Under the pieces are notes generated by a model that saw only the letters and a program-made list of their open reading frames with translations, ran no database searches and had not been told where the DNA came from. The position numbers and the translations under genes were made by a program. DNA of 33,263 bases from Firmicutes bacterium UBA4053 (lineage in GTDB: Bacteria > Bacillota > Desulfotomaculia > Desulfotomaculales > Nap2-2B): NCBI GenBank assembly GCA_002382125.1, contig DFZP01000032.1, positions 1 to 33,263 of the forward strand, in the 5' to 3' direction. Shown here piece by piece: positions 17,453 to 27,158 of the stretch. Positions within the stretch are counted from its first letter, which is position 1. Each line of letters begins with the position of its first letter.

Positions 17453-17499
17453 CCCTCCCCCTAACCCCCTCCCTCAAAGGGAGGGGGTTAGGGGGAGGG
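17453..17499 (+). terminator. perfect 21-bp G/C-rich hairpin (probable dprA terminator or structured element)
   Basis: CCCTCCCCCTAACCCCCTCCC (17453-17473), loop TCAAA, GGGAGGGGGTTAGGGGGAGGG (17479-17499). It begins 15 nt after the dprA stop. A TTTTT run follows about 10 nt downstream. Confidence 0.5.
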
Positions 17500-17605
17500 A
17501 GATTTGAACTTTTTCGACAGTTTCTTTTAAGATGGATTTTTCCGGTTAATATTAGCATATAAGAATTACAGGCGGCAGATACTTCAAAAAGAGGAGTGAA
17601 TGTTA

Positions 17606-19735
17606 TTGCCAAAGACGCTGGTAATCGTTGAATCCCCGACCAAGGCAAGAAGCCTGAGTAAGTTTCTGGGCAGTAAATATACCGTCAAGGCATCAATGGG
17701 ACATGTGCGTGATTTGCCCCGCAGCCGGCTGGGTATAAATACGGAGGATAATTTTCAACCCAGGTATATCACCATCAGGGGCAAGGGAGAAGTTATCAAA
17801 GAGTTAAAAGCAGCAGTCAAGAAGGTTGATCGGGTATTGCTGGCCCCTGACCCGGATCGTGAGGGCGAAGCTATTGCCTGGCATTTACAAGAGATGCTGG
17901 GAATAGAAAACGGACCATGCCGTGTTGAATTTAACGAAGTGACCGGGCAGGCTGTTCAGAAGGCAATCAAAGCCCCCCGTGACATTGACTATAACCGGGT
18001 AAATTCTCAGCAGGCGCGGCGAATTTTAGACCGCCTGGTGGGTTATAATTTGAGTCCCCTGCTGTGGCAAAAGGTGAAAAGTGGTTTGAGTGCCGGCCGC
18101 GTTCAATCGGTTGCTGTTCGCCTGATCTGTGACCGGGAAGAGGAAATTCAATCCTTCGTACCTGAAGAATACTGGACGCTGACAGTTGTTTGCATACAAA
18201 AAGACGGTATTTCCTTTGATGCCCGTCTTTTCAAAATTGGTGACGAAAAAGCAAGGATTCCTGATCGTTCCCGGATGGAAATAATCTTAAAAGATCTTGG
18301 CCCGGCTTCCTACCGGGTAGTTAAGATCAGCCGCCAGGAAAAGCCTCGCTATCCTGCCCCGCCCTTTACTACAAGTACTTTGCAGCAGGAGGCTTATCGC
18401 AAGTTGAATTTTACTGCCCGGCGAACCATGGCAGTAGCCCAGCAATTGTATGAAGGCCTGGAGGCGGGTGAAAAAAGCCCGGTTGGCCTGGTCACATATA
18501 TCCGTACCGATTCCACCAGGGTAGCCGAATCTGCCCGTGATGAGGCACGGGCCTTGATCCGTGAAAGGTTTGGACAACAGTATGTTCCTCATTCACCCCG
18601 TCAGGTAGTGTCAAAGGGGAAAATTCAGGATGCCCATGAAGCAATACGCCCTACTGATGTTTGCCGGGAGCCGGACGCTGTCAAAAAATACCTGACTCAG
18701 GATCAGTACAAATTATATAAGCTCGTCTGGTCCCGTTTCATAGCCAGCCAGATGAGTCCGGCGCTGATTGAAACTACCGGTGTTGATCTTGTTGCCGGGA
18801 AATATACTTTCCGGGCGACGGGTTCGGTGATCAGGTTTGCTGGTTTTATGCAGGTTTATACTGAATCCACGGATGATGGGACAAAAGAGATTGAAACACT
18901 CTTGCCTGACTTGGCGGAAGGCGATATTCTCAAGGCCAAATCATTAATCCCGAAGCAGCATTTTACTCAGCCTCCGCCGCGTTACACGGATGCTACTTTA
19001 ATTAGAACGATGGAGGAAAAAGGTATAGGCAGGCCCAGCACGTATGCTCCGATTGTGGAGACGATTCAAAAAAGAGGTTATGTTACAAAGCAGAAAAAGC
19101 AGTTTGTTCCTACTGAACTGGGAATGATTGTGGTAGGTCTGCTGAAAAATCATTTCTCCGAAATAATTGACGTGGAATTTACCGCTATGATAGAAGAAAA
19201 GCTGGATAAGATTGAGGAAGGAGAGCTTGATTGGGTTCAAATGATCCAGGAATTTTACTACCCGTTTCAGCAGACGGTGAAAAAGGCCGGAGAAGAAATA
19301 GAGCGGGTAACGATCCCGGATGAGGTTTCTGAAGAGATATGTGAAAAATGCGGACGCAACATGGTGATTAAGACCGGCCGGTACGGCAGGTTTCTGGCGT
19401 GTCCCGGATTTCCGGAATGCCGCAATCTTAAGCCGCTGATTACATCTACCGGTGTGTCCTGTCCTCAATGTGGAGGCGAATTGGTGATCCGGCGAAGCAA
19501 AAAGGGCCGCCGGTTTTATGGTTGCAGCCGCTTTCCGGAGTGTAATTTTGTTGTCTGGAATGAACCCAGCATCGAGCCGTGCCCGCAATGCGGCGGCTTG
19601 CTGGTGATCAAAAACAACCGCGGGGAAAAAGCGCAGTTGGCGTGTGTAAATGGTAGTTGCGGCTTTAAAACGGGGAAAGAAAGTCACGGGACGGGGAAAA
19701 GGCCAAAGCAGTTGAAACAAACGCTAAAACCATGA
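17606..19735 (+). CDS. topA: type IA DNA topoisomerase I
   Basis: TOPRIM start KTLVIVESPTKA, DPDREGEAI. Active-site region GLVTYIRTDSTR. C-terminal zinc ribbons (CEKCGRNMV...CPGFPEC, CPQCGGELV..., CPQCGGLLV...). TTG 17606 has better spacing to GAGGAG (17591-17596) than ATG 17600. Confidence 0.97.
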   Translation: MPKTLVIVESPTKARSLSKFLGSKYTVKASMGHVRDLPRSRLGINTEDNFQPRYITIRGKGEVIKELKAAVKKVDRVLLAPDPDREGEAIAWHLQEMLGIENGPCRVEFNEVTGQAVQKAIKAPRDIDYNRVNSQQARRILDRLVGYNLSPLLWQKVKSGLSAGRVQSVAVRLICDREEEIQSFVPEEYWTLTVVCIQKDGISFDARLFKIGDEKARIPDRSRMEIILKDLGPASYRVVKISRQEKPRYPAPPFTTSTLQQEAYRKLNFTARRTMAVAQQLYEGLEAGEKSPVGLVTYIRTDSTRVAESARDEARALIRERFGQQYVPHSPRQVVSKGKIQDAHEAIRPTDVCREPDAVKKYLTQDQYKLYKLVWSRFIASQMSPALIETTGVDLVAGKYTFRATGSVIRFAGFMQVYTESTDDGTKEIETLLPDLAEGDILKAKSLIPKQHFTQPPPRYTDATLIRTMEEKGIGRPSTYAPIVETIQKRGYVTKQKKQFVPTELGMIVVGLLKNHFSEIIDVEFTAMIEEKLDKIEEGELDWVQMIQEFYYPFQQTVKKAGEEIERVTIPDEVSEEICEKCGRNMVIKTGRYGRFLACPGFPECRNLKPLITSTGVSCPQCGGELVIRRSKKGRRFYGCSRFPECNFVVWNEPSIEPCPQCGGLLVIKNNRGEKAQLACVNGSCGFKTGKESHGTGKRPKQLKQTLKP

Positions 19736-19813
19736 TATAGCCACAAACCTTGATGCTTAAAGAAGTAGGTGTTCAGTTAACCTTTTCCCCTGTCAGGAGG
19801 TGAATTCTGATCC

Positions 19814-20722
19814 ATGTATACATACATTGATATCTTTATCAATTATTTACAGGCGGAAAAAAATGTATCGAAGCACACACTGGAAAGTTACCAGCGTGAT
19901 CTATTCCAGGGAGTGGATTTTTTTGCCCACCTGCTGGGGAAAAAAGATGCGCATATAAAGCCGGAAGATATTAACTATCCGCTGGTGCGTGACTATCTTT
20001 CCAAACTGCACAGGGATAGATTGGCCCGTACCAGCATTAACCGTAAACTGGCAAGCTGGCGTTCTTTTTTTCGTTTTTTATGCCGGGAAGGGATAATAAC
20101 CGGCAATCCTCTGGCCAGGGTTAACTCTCTCCGGTTGGAAAAGCGCCTGCCCTCTTTTTTGTTTGAGGAGGACTGCCGGACGCTGGTGGAAACTCCCTCA
20201 AAAAACGATCTCTTAGACTTACGCGACCGGGCGCTGTTGGAAACCCTGTATGCTTCCGGTATGCGGGTAAGCGAACTGGTAAACCTGAACACGGGGGAAC
20301 TGGATTTATCGGCGCGATATATAAGGCTTTTGGGCAAGAGAGGAAAAGAGAGAATAGTGCCTGTTGGTTTTCCGGCGGCAGAGTCTCTTCAACGATACCT
20401 GGACGCGGGTCGGCCGCTGCTGGCGGCACGGGGAAAACCTGCCGGCCAGGCAGTTTTTTTAAACAAGTACGGTAACCGTCTTTCGGCCCGCGGGGTGCGC
20501 AAAATTATTAACAAGCATGTTCGCCTTTCCTGCCTGGGACGCCATGTAAATCCTCATATGATGCGGCATTCATTTGCCACTCACCTTTTGGACGGGGGAG
20601 CGGATATACGGGTGGTACAGGAATTGCTGGGCCATGCGCGTTTATCCACCACCCAGATATATACTCATGTTACGCGGGAGAAATTAAAGCAGGTTTACCA
20701 GCAGGCTCATCCCCGTGCCTGA
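19814..20722 (+). CDS. xerC: tyrosine recombinase XerC (CodV-type chromosome dimer resolvase)
   Basis: Phage-integrase-fold catalytic residues (ASGMRVSEL, HMMRHSFATHLL, LGHARLSTTQIYTHV). Its position directly upstream of hslVU-codY matches Bacillus codV. Confidence 0.9.
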   Translation: MYTYIDIFINYLQAEKNVSKHTLESYQRDLFQGVDFFAHLLGKKDAHIKPEDINYPLVRDYLSKLHRDRLARTSINRKLASWRSFFRFLCREGIITGNPLARVNSLRLEKRLPSFLFEEDCRTLVETPSKNDLLDLRDRALLETLYASGMRVSELVNLNTGELDLSARYIRLLGKRGKERIVPVGFPAAESLQRYLDAGRPLLAARGKPAGQAVFLNKYGNRLSARGVRKIINKHVRLSCLGRHVNPHMMRHSFATHLLDGGADIRVVQELLGHARLSTTQIYTHVTREKLKQVYQQAHPRA

Positions 20723-20758
20723 TATGGCAGGTTTTGGAGAAAAGGAGAGAGTATAGTA

Positions 20759-21304
20759 ATGTTTCACTCTACCACAATTGTGGCGGTAAAAAAAGGTGAC
20801 CAGGTAGCCGTGGCGGGAGATGGTCAGGTTACTTTCGGACAGAATACGATTTTAAAGCACCGGGCCAGGAAGATCAGGCGCCTGTACAACGACCGGGTGC
20901 TGGCGGGTTTTGCCGGTTCGGTGGCCGATGCCTTTACTCTTTTTGAAAAGTTTGAAGGAAAGCTGGAAACCTACCACGGGAATATTCAGCGGGCTGCCGT
21001 TGAACTGGCCAAGGAGTGGCGTACGGACAAGGTCCTGCGCCGCCTGGAGGCGCTGTTGATTGTTGCCGATGGTGATCATTTGCTAATTATTTCCGGTGGT
21101 GGAGAAGTAATAGAACCTGACGACGGCGTGGTGGCAATAGGCTCGGGTGGTCCCTATGCCTTGGCCGCGGCCAGAGCACTGATAAAACATACTGAACTGC
21201 CGGCCACAGAGATAGTCCGGGAAGCCATGTTCATCGCAGCAGAGATATGTGTTTATACCAACAAGGAAATTACCATAGAAGAACTAAACGTAGGAGGGAC
21301 TTAA
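20759..21304 (+). CDS. hslV: ATP-dependent protease subunit HslV (ClpQ/CodW)
   Basis: [28 protein letters not shown]...[14 protein letters not shown]..., a typical HslV. Confidence 0.95.
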   Translation: MFHSTTIVAVKKGDQVAVAGDGQVTFGQNTILKHRARKIRRLYNDRVLAGFAGSVADAFTLFEKFEGKLETYHGNIQRAAVELAKEWRTDKVLRRLEALLIVADGDHLLIISGGGEVIEPDDGVVAIGSGGPYALAAARALIKHTELPATEIVREAMFIAAEICVYTNKEITIEELNVGGT

Positions 21305-21307
21305 GTA

Positions 21308-22705
21308 GTGGAAAACCTTACCCCGCGGGAAATTATGAATGAGTTAAACAAGTACATTGTTGGGCAGGAAAAAGCCAAGAAAGCAGTAGCCATCGCCTTG
21401 CGCAACCGCTACCGCCGCAGCAAGCTGCCCCCGGATTTGCGCGAGGAGGTAATGCCTAAAAATATTCTCATGATTGGTCCGACTGGCGTAGGTAAAACAG
21501 AAATTGCGCGCAGGCTGGCCAAGCTGATGAAAGCCCCGTTTGTCAAGGTGGAAGCCACCAAGTTTACCGAAGTAGGTTACGTGGGCCGGGATGTGGAAGG
21601 AATGATCCGTGATCTGGTTGAAACGTCGATTCGAATGGTGAAACAAGAAAAAATGTCTCTGGTTGAAGAAAAAGCAAAAAAGGCGGCCGAAGAACGAATT
21701 GTCGAATTGCTGGCTCCACTGCCCGGGCAGGAACCTTCTTTCCGGAACCCCTTAGAGTTGCTCTTTGGTGGAGACAAACAGGCTGAACCGGCAGATCAGG
21801 CGCGGGAACAAAAAATTCGCCGTGTTCAGTTCGAAAGAGAAACCCTGCAGGAAAAGCTGGCCCGTGGTGAACTGGAACAGGAATATCTGGAGATTGAGGT
21901 AGAGGATACAACCCCTCCCATGCTGGAAGTCTTTACGGGTTCTGGTGTTGAAGAAATGGGTATTAATATCCAGGACATGCTGGGAGGCCTTTTGCCCAGG
22001 CGAAAGCGCAAACGTAAAGTAACAGTAGCGGAAGCCCGTAAAATCTTAACGCACCAGGAGGCGCAAAAGTTAATCGACATGGACGAGGCAAATTCTGAAG
22101 CTGTAAAAAGAGTAGAAGAACACGGAATTGTTTTTCTGGATGAAATTGATAAAATAGCCGGGCGGGAAGACGGGTTGGGACCTGATGTTTCCCGGGGTGG
22201 AGTGCAACGGGACATATTGCCCATCGTAGAAGGCTCTACGGTAATGACCAAATACGGTCCTGTAAAAACTGACTATATTCTTTTTATTGCGGCCGGCGCT
22301 TTCCACGTCGTAAAACCATCTGACCTAATTCCGGAACTGCAAGGCCGGTTTCCCATCCGGGTGGAACTGGAAAATTTGACTGAAGAGGATTTTCTGCAGA
22401 TTTTAACTGAACCGCAAAATTCTCTAATTAAGCAATATACCTTCCTTCTGGCCACCGAAGGGATGGAAATAAAATTTTCAAAAAATTCTCTTGCGGAAAT
22501 TGCAAAAATCGCGTATACTGTAAATGAGCAGACTGAAAACATAGGCGCCAGGCGGTTGCATACGATTATGGAAAAGCTGCTCGAAGATATTTCGTTTGAT
22601 GCTTCAGAGCTAAGCGGAAAATCTTTTGCTATTGACGAGGAATATGTTCGTCAAAAACTTGGGGAGATAGTTAAGAACGAGGATTTAAGCCGTTATATTT
22701 TGTAA
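21308..22705 (+). CDS. hslU: ATP-dependent protease ATPase subunit HslU (ClpY/CodX)
   Basis: [31 protein letters not shown]. Walker [16 protein letters not shown]. Walker [11 protein letters not shown]. The I-domain insertion is present. GTG start at 21308 after GGAGGG. Confidence 0.97.
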   Translation: MENLTPREIMNELNKYIVGQEKAKKAVAIALRNRYRRSKLPPDLREEVMPKNILMIGPTGVGKTEIARRLAKLMKAPFVKVEATKFTEVGYVGRDVEGMIRDLVETSIRMVKQEKMSLVEEKAKKAAEERIVELLAPLPGQEPSFRNPLELLFGGDKQAEPADQAREQKIRRVQFERETLQEKLARGELEQEYLEIEVEDTTPPMLEVFTGSGVEEMGINIQDMLGGLLPRRKRKRKVTVAEARKILTHQEAQKLIDMDEANSEAVKRVEEHGIVFLDEIDKIAGREDGLGPDVSRGGVQRDILPIVEGSTVMTKYGPVKTDYILFIAAGAFHVVKPSDLIPELQGRFPIRVELENLTEEDFLQILTEPQNSLIKQYTFLLATEGMEIKFSKNSLAEIAKIAYTVNEQTENIGARRLHTIMEKLLEDISFDASELSGKSFAIDEEYVRQKLGEIVKNEDLSRYIL

Positions 22706-22783
22706 TCTTCGCTTTATTGCTTCTCTTCAAAAGCTGTTTTCCCGGTTTGAAAGAAGATATAAAAAGGAGAGGAATCGGTTCAA

Positions 22784-23569
22784 ATGCGCAACTTATTAGA
22801 AAAAACACGTTCTTTAAACAAGCTGCTTCAAAAATCAGCCGGCTACCCCGTAGATTTTAAGGAAATAGCCGCCATCTTAGGAGATAACATTGGTTGCGGT
22901 GTCTACATAATTGATCGCCGGGGTAAAGCACTGGGATACGCTTACCTGAGGGGTTTTACGTGTGACATAATGTATAACTTTGTGGAATTTCCGGATGGAT
23001 TCCCGGAGGAATACAATGGAACCCTGCTCCGTATGGATGAAACGCACGCTAATTTCTGTCAGACGGAAAATATCTGCGTTTTTAACCAGGAGATACGTTG
23101 TAAATTTAACAATAAGGTAACCACCGTCGTGCCCATTGTGGGGGCCGGATCGAGACTGGGAACACTTGTGTTGGCCAGGTTCGACACACACTTCACGGAC
23201 GAAGATCTGATCCTGGCGGAGTACGGCTCTACAGTAATCGGTATGGAGATTCTGCGGGCGCGGGCAGGACGCATGGAAGAAGAAGCCCGCAAAAAGGCAG
23301 CCGTTCAGATTGCCGTTGGTACCCTGTCATATTCCGAGTTGGATGCGGTACAGCATATCTTTGAGGAACTGGCCGGTGAAGAAGGGTTGCTGGTAGCCAG
23401 TAAAATTGCCGACCGCGTTGGGATTACCAGATCGGTTATTGTAAACGCCCTGCGCAAGTTTGAAAGCGCAGGAGTAATCGAATCCAAGTCGTTGGGAATG
23501 AAAGGCACATATATAAGGGTGATCAACGACAGGCTGATGGAAGAATTGGAGAAGCTAAAGCATTATTAA
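22784..23569 (+). CDS. codY: GTP/BCAA-sensing pleiotropic transcriptional repressor CodY
   Basis: [13 protein letters not shown]..., GAF-like N-terminal domain, and C-terminal w[33 protein letters not shown]. Confidence 0.95.
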   Translation: MRNLLEKTRSLNKLLQKSAGYPVDFKEIAAILGDNIGCGVYIIDRRGKALGYAYLRGFTCDIMYNFVEFPDGFPEEYNGTLLRMDETHANFCQTENICVFNQEIRCKFNNKVTTVVPIVGAGSRLGTLVLARFDTHFTDEDLILAEYGSTVIGMEILRARAGRMEEEARKKAAVQIAVGTLSYSELDAVQHIFEELAGEEGLLVASKIADRVGITRSVIVNALRKFESAGVIESKSLGMKGTYIRVINDRLMEELEKLKHY

Positions 23570-23584
23570 GTACAGAAAGCCACA

Positions 23585-23628
23585 AAACCACAGTTTCTCG
23601 AAGAAGAGACTGTGGTTTATTGGTTTTT
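23585..23628 (+). terminator. Rho-independent terminator after codY
   Basis: AAACCACAGT (23585-23594) pairs with ACTGTGGTTT (23609-23618), with further inner pairs. It is followed by ATTGGTTTTT. Confidence 0.6.
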
Positions 23629-23637
23629 AACAGAAGG

Positions 23638-23667
23638 TTGCTTATCCCGCCTGTTAAATGCTATAAT
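23638..23667 (+). promoter_or_regulatory. candidate sigma-A promoter of cysE-cysS
   Basis: TTGCTT (23638-23643), 18-nt spacer, TGcTATAAT (extended -10, -10 hexamer at 23662-23667). Confidence 0.55.
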
Positions 23668-23701
23668 AACTTATAATTTAACATTAAAGTTTTGTGTCTG
23701 A

Positions 23702-23742
23702 CCTGTCTGCGTGCCTGTCTACGTGCGACGCACAGGCAGGTA
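23702..23742 (-). repeat. palindromic repeat family, copy A (inverted orientation, with partial internal duplication), in the cysE leader
   Basis: The reverse complement reads TACCTGCCTGTGCGTCGCACGTAGACAGG+CACGCAGACAGG. The 22-nt core (23714-23735) differs from copies B-D at 2-3 positions. On the plus strand the hairpin is followed by TATTTTT. Confidence 0.8.
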
Positions 23743-23769
23743 TTTTTCGAGATAGGGAGAGTTTACCGC

Positions 23770-24429
23770 TTGTTTGGGCGTTTTAAAAAGGATATTCAAG
23801 CTGTTTTTGACCGTGACCCGGCAGCCAAAAGCCTCTTCGAAGTACTCCTTTGTTACCCCGGCCTGCACGCTGTTATTTTGCACAGGCTGGCTCATTTTTT
23901 TTACCGCTGCCGGCTTTTTATTGTGGCGCGCCTGATTTCCCATTTCTCCCGCTTTTTCACACAGATTGAAATCCATCCGGGGGCAAAAATTGGAGAAGGA
24001 TTTTTCATAGATCACGGCGCGGGTGTGGTAATAGGAGAAACAGCAGAAATAGGCAATAACGTTACCATTTATCAGGGAGTTACCCTCGGCGGCACCGGCA
24101 AGGAAAAAAGCAAACGCCATCCTACTATTGGGAATAATGTAGTGATCAGCACCGGCGCTAAAATCCTGGGTTCGTTTATCGTAGGGGATAATGCTAAAAT
24201 TGGGGCCGGTTCGGTGGTGTTGAACAGCGTGCCTCCTAACAGCACGGTAGTAGGAGTGCCCGGGAAAGTCGTTTCCCGTGACGGGCAAAAGACAGATGAA
24301 AAAGGATTGCCTCTGATCGATCTCCGGCACGATCAGCTTCCCGACCCAGTGGCGGAAATAATCAACGGCATGCTGCAGGAGATTGAAGGCTTGAAAAAAC
24401 GCGTGTTGGAACTGGAAGAAAGATCATAA
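23770..24429 (+). CDS. cysE: serine O-acetyltransferase
   Basis: [20 protein letters not shown]..., with hexapeptide repeats [41 protein letters not shown] 23770 follows GGGAGAG. The longer ORF from 23692 would translate the repeat element and looks non-native. Confidence 0.9.
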   Translation: MFGRFKKDIQAVFDRDPAAKSLFEVLLCYPGLHAVILHRLAHFFYRCRLFIVARLISHFSRFFTQIEIHPGAKIGEGFFIDHGAGVVIGETAEIGNNVTIYQGVTLGGTGKEKSKRHPTIGNNVVISTGAKILGSFIVGDNAKIGAGSVVLNSVPPNSTVVGVPGKVVSRDGQKTDEKGLPLIDLRHDQLPDPVAEIINGMLQEIEGLKKRVLELEERS

Positions 24430-24460
24430 GTCTATTTTTCGAAGGAGAAGGTATCGTTCC

Positions 24461-25933
24461 ATGGAAATATACAACACTCTCACCAGGCAAAAAGAGAAAT
24501 TTATTCCCCGCCAGGCCGGGAAGGTGTCCATCTACGTTTGCGGCCCTACTGCCTATAATTACATTCACCTGGGGAATGCCCGCCCCCTGGTGTTTTTTGA
24601 TACCGTCCGCCGCTACTTCCAGCAGAAGGGTTACGAGGTAAGATATATCCAGAATTTTACCGATATCGACGATAAAATCATCAAACGTGCTTTAGAGGAA
24701 AAGGACGACCCCTTGCGCCTTGCTCAAAGGTATATTGACGAATACTTTAAGGACGCTGATGCTTTAAACGTAAAGAGGGCTGATCATCACCCCAGGGTTT
24801 CTGAGCACATGGAAGACATTATCAGACTGATTGAGATATTAATAGAGAAGGGATTTGCCTACGCGGTAGAGGGAGATGTTTATTTTGATGTTTCCTCTTT
24901 TCCTGAATACGGGAAGCTTTCTCACCGGTCTTCCGATGAAATGCTTGCCGGGGCAAGAGTAGAGGTGGACCCGCGAAAGAAGAATCCCATGGATTTTGCG
25001 CTCTGGAAATCTGCTAAGCAGGGGGAGCCTTTCTGGGAGAGCCCGTGGGGCCAGGGACGCCCGGGCTGGCATATGGAATGCTCGGCCATGTCCTTAAAGT
25101 ACTTGGGTCCTGGCTTTGACATCCACGGAGGGGGTATGGACCTGATCTTCCCCCACCATGAAAATGAAATTGCCCAATCGGAAGCGGCTACCGGTAAACC
25201 TTTTGCACGTTACTGGGTGCATAACGGTTTTATTACGGTAAACCAGGAAAAAATGTCAAAATCTCTGGGAAACTATTTCCTGATAAGGGAAATACTGAGC
25301 AAGTTCCCCCCCCTGGCAGTTCGCTTTTTTCTGCTTTCAACTCATTACCGCAGCCCGCTGGATTTCGATGACGAAAATGTGGCCGCGGCAACCCGGGGTC
25401 GGGAACGTCTTAAAAACAGCATAGAGCTTTTAAATGAAGCGCTGAATCATCACCGGCACGAAGAAATCCGGGAAGAAGACGAAAAATTCCTGGTCAGATT
25501 GGAAAGCTGCCGTTCCCGCTTTATGGAGGCCATGGATGACGATTTTAATACCGCCCTGGCGATTGGGGTTTTCTTCGAACTGGCCAGGGAAGTAAATATT
25601 CATTTACAGGAACATGGCAGGCATTATTACCCTGCCTGCCTGTGCGGTGCACGCAGACAGGTTTTAGAAAAGGCTATGGAAGCATATAAGTATTTCAACG
25701 CAGCGCTGGGATTGTTCAAGACGGATGCCGGGGGCAGGATGGTTTTCGACGATCAACCGGATGCTCAAGGAGATCTGGTTCATTCATTAATAGAGTTGCT
25801 TATCCAGGTGCGTGCCGAAGCGCGTTCCAAAAAAGACTGGGCAGCGGCAGACCGCATCAGGGATGGCTTAAAGGAACTGGGGATAATGATCGAGGATACA
25901 CCGCAGGGAGTGCGCTGGAAAAAGCTTTCGTAG
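24461..25933 (+). CDS. cysS: cysteine--tRNA ligase
   Basis: Class I motifs: HLGNA (HIGH-type) and KMSKS. Zinc/cysteine-binding residues are present (CGPT..., WHMEC...). The C-terminal anticodon-binding region is present. Confidence 0.97.
   Translation: MEIYNTLTRQKEKFIPRQAGKVSIYVCGPTAYNYIHLGNARPLVFFDTVRRYFQQKGYEVRYIQNFTDIDDKIIKRALEEKDDPLRLAQRYIDEYFKDADALNVKRADHHPRVSEHMEDIIRLIEILIEKGFAYAVEGDVYFDVSSFPEYGKLSHRSSDEMLAGARVEVDPRKKNPMDFALWKSAKQGEPFWESPWGQGRPGWHMECSAMSLKYLGPGFDIHGGGMDLIFPHHENEIAQSEAATGKPFARYWVHNGFITVNQEKMSKSLGNYFLIREILSKFPPLAVRFFLLSTHYRSPLDFDDENVAAATRGRERLKNSIELLNEALNHHRHEEIREEDEKFLVRLESCRSRFMEAMDDDFNTALAIGVFFELAREVNIHLQEHGRHYYPACLCGARRQVLEKAMEAYKYFNAALGLFKTDAGGRMVFDDQPDAQGDLVHSLIELLIQVRAEARSKKDWAAADRIRDGLKELGIMIEDTPQGVRWKKLS
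25628..25661 (+). repeat. palindromic repeat family, copy B, inside the cysS coding sequence
   Basis: TACCCTGCCTGCCTGTGCGGTGCACGCAGACAGG, translated in frame as YYPACLCGARRQ. Confidence 0.8.
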
Positions 25934-25945
25934 ACGATTGAGGCG

Positions 25946-26350
25946 GTGAAGAACTTTTTGTTTAAAGCGGACGTAAAAGCAGAAGAAGTTCCCATTCTTG
26001 TTCTGGCCTACATTGGGGATGCTGTCTATGAGCTGTTGATTCGCCAGTACCTGGTCGGCCGGGGTATTACCAGGCTCAATCAATTGCATGATAGGGCCAC
26101 CGGATATGTCAGGGCAGACAGCCAGGCGGCAGCCATGCGGGTCATCAAGGATAAGCTTAGTGAGGCGGAAGCGGCAGTGGCCCGGCGTGGCCGGAACGCC
26201 AAAAGTGGACACCCCCGGCGTGGAACGGAAGTTAATGATTATCGCTACAGTACGGGCATGGAAGCGCTCATAGGTTTTTTATACCTTAAAGGTGAATACA
26301 ACCGGCTAAAGGAAATCATGAACATGGTCCGGCAGGCTATAGAAGGATAA
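25946..26350 (+). CDS. mrnC: Mini-ribonuclease 3 (Mini-III, YazC)
   Basis: LAYIGDAVYELLIRQYL..., RGRNAKSG..., YRYSTGMEALIGFLYL. It holds the same position as Bacillus yazC, after cysS. Confidence 0.9.
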   Translation: MKNFLFKADVKAEEVPILVLAYIGDAVYELLIRQYLVGRGITRLNQLHDRATGYVRADSQAAAMRVIKDKLSEAEAAVARRGRNAKSGHPRRGTEVNDYRYSTGMEALIGFLYLKGEYNRLKEIMNMVRQAIEG

Positions 26351-26384
26351 AGGGTGCCGGACACGAAGCAGGTGGATTTTTGTA

Positions 26385-27158
26385 ATGAGTTTTAAAGAAC
26401 CACCGCAGGATGTTATTGCTGGCTGCAATCCAGTGCGGGAGGCGTTAAAGGCAAACCGGCCAGTAAACAAGCTGTTGGTGGCCAGAAGAATAGAAACAGG
26501 CGGCTGGCAGGAAATAAGGCGGCTGGTACAGGAAAAGCAGATACCTGTACAGCAGGTGGAAAGGGTTTACCTGGATAAGCTGTTTCCCGGTACGGTTCAC
26601 CAGGGAGTAGTAGCTTTAACTGCGTGCAAAGAGTACCTGTCAATAGATGAGGTATTGCTTGCAGCGGGCAAAGAACAACCCTTTCTTATCCTCCTGCATG
26701 AAATAACCGATCCGCATAACCTGGGCGCTATTATCCGTACCGCTGAAGCAACGGGCGTACATGGAGTGGTCATCACCTCACATCGTTCGGCGTCTCTTAC
26801 CCCGGCGGCAATGAAGGCCGCGGCAGGGGCGGCGGAATACGTGCCGGTATCCCGGGTAACAAACATGGCGCAGGCCATTCGATACCTTCAACAGCAAAAT
26901 ATATGGGTGGTCGGCGCTCACCCGGCGGCGAAAGATATCTTTTGGAACGCCAGGCTGGACGGCCCAATTGCCCTGGTTATTGGCAGCGAAGGAAAGGGTC
27001 TGGGTCCTCACATCCGGGACAACTGTGATCTTTTGGTGCGCCTGCCAATGGCGGGAAACTTAAATTCTCTTAATGCTTCAGTAGCGGCAGCCGTGCTTGC
27101 TTATGAAGTGTTCCGGCAAAGGAGAATGGCTGCTCATGGGAGAGTACCTGATTGTTGA
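26385..27158 (+). CDS. rlmB: 23S rRNA (guanosine-2'-O)-methyltransferase RlmB/YacO (SpoU/TrmH family)
   Basis: SpoU-type motifs: ITDPHNLGAIIRTAEATG, ALVIGSEGKGL, SLNASVAAAVLAYE. Confidence 0.9.
   Translation: MSFKEPPQDVIAGCNPVREALKANRPVNKLLVARRIETGGWQEIRRLVQEKQIPVQQVERVYLDKLFPGTVHQGVVALTACKEYLSIDEVLLAAGKEQPFLILLHEITDPHNLGAIIRTAEATGVHGVVITSHRSASLTPAAMKAAAGAAEYVPVSRVTNMAQAIRYLQQQNIWVVGAHPAAKDIFWNARLDGPIALVIGSEGKGLGPHIRDNCDLLVRLPMAGNLNSLNASVAAAVLAYEVFRQRRMAAHGRVPDC

Noticed and set aside
19814-20722. Tyrosine recombinase as a possible phage or integrative-element integrase
   Set aside because: It sits in the conserved topA-xerC-hslVU-codY arrangement (Bacillus codV position). It has no flanking att-like repeats or phage genes, so it is the chromosomal dimer-resolution recombinase.
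23630-23770. T-box riboswitch upstream of cysE, as in Bacillus
   Set aside because: The leader is only about 100 nt from the predicted -10 to the RBS. I could not find specifier-loop or T-box (…GGUGGNACCGCG…) sequences. A covariance-model search is still needed to be certain.
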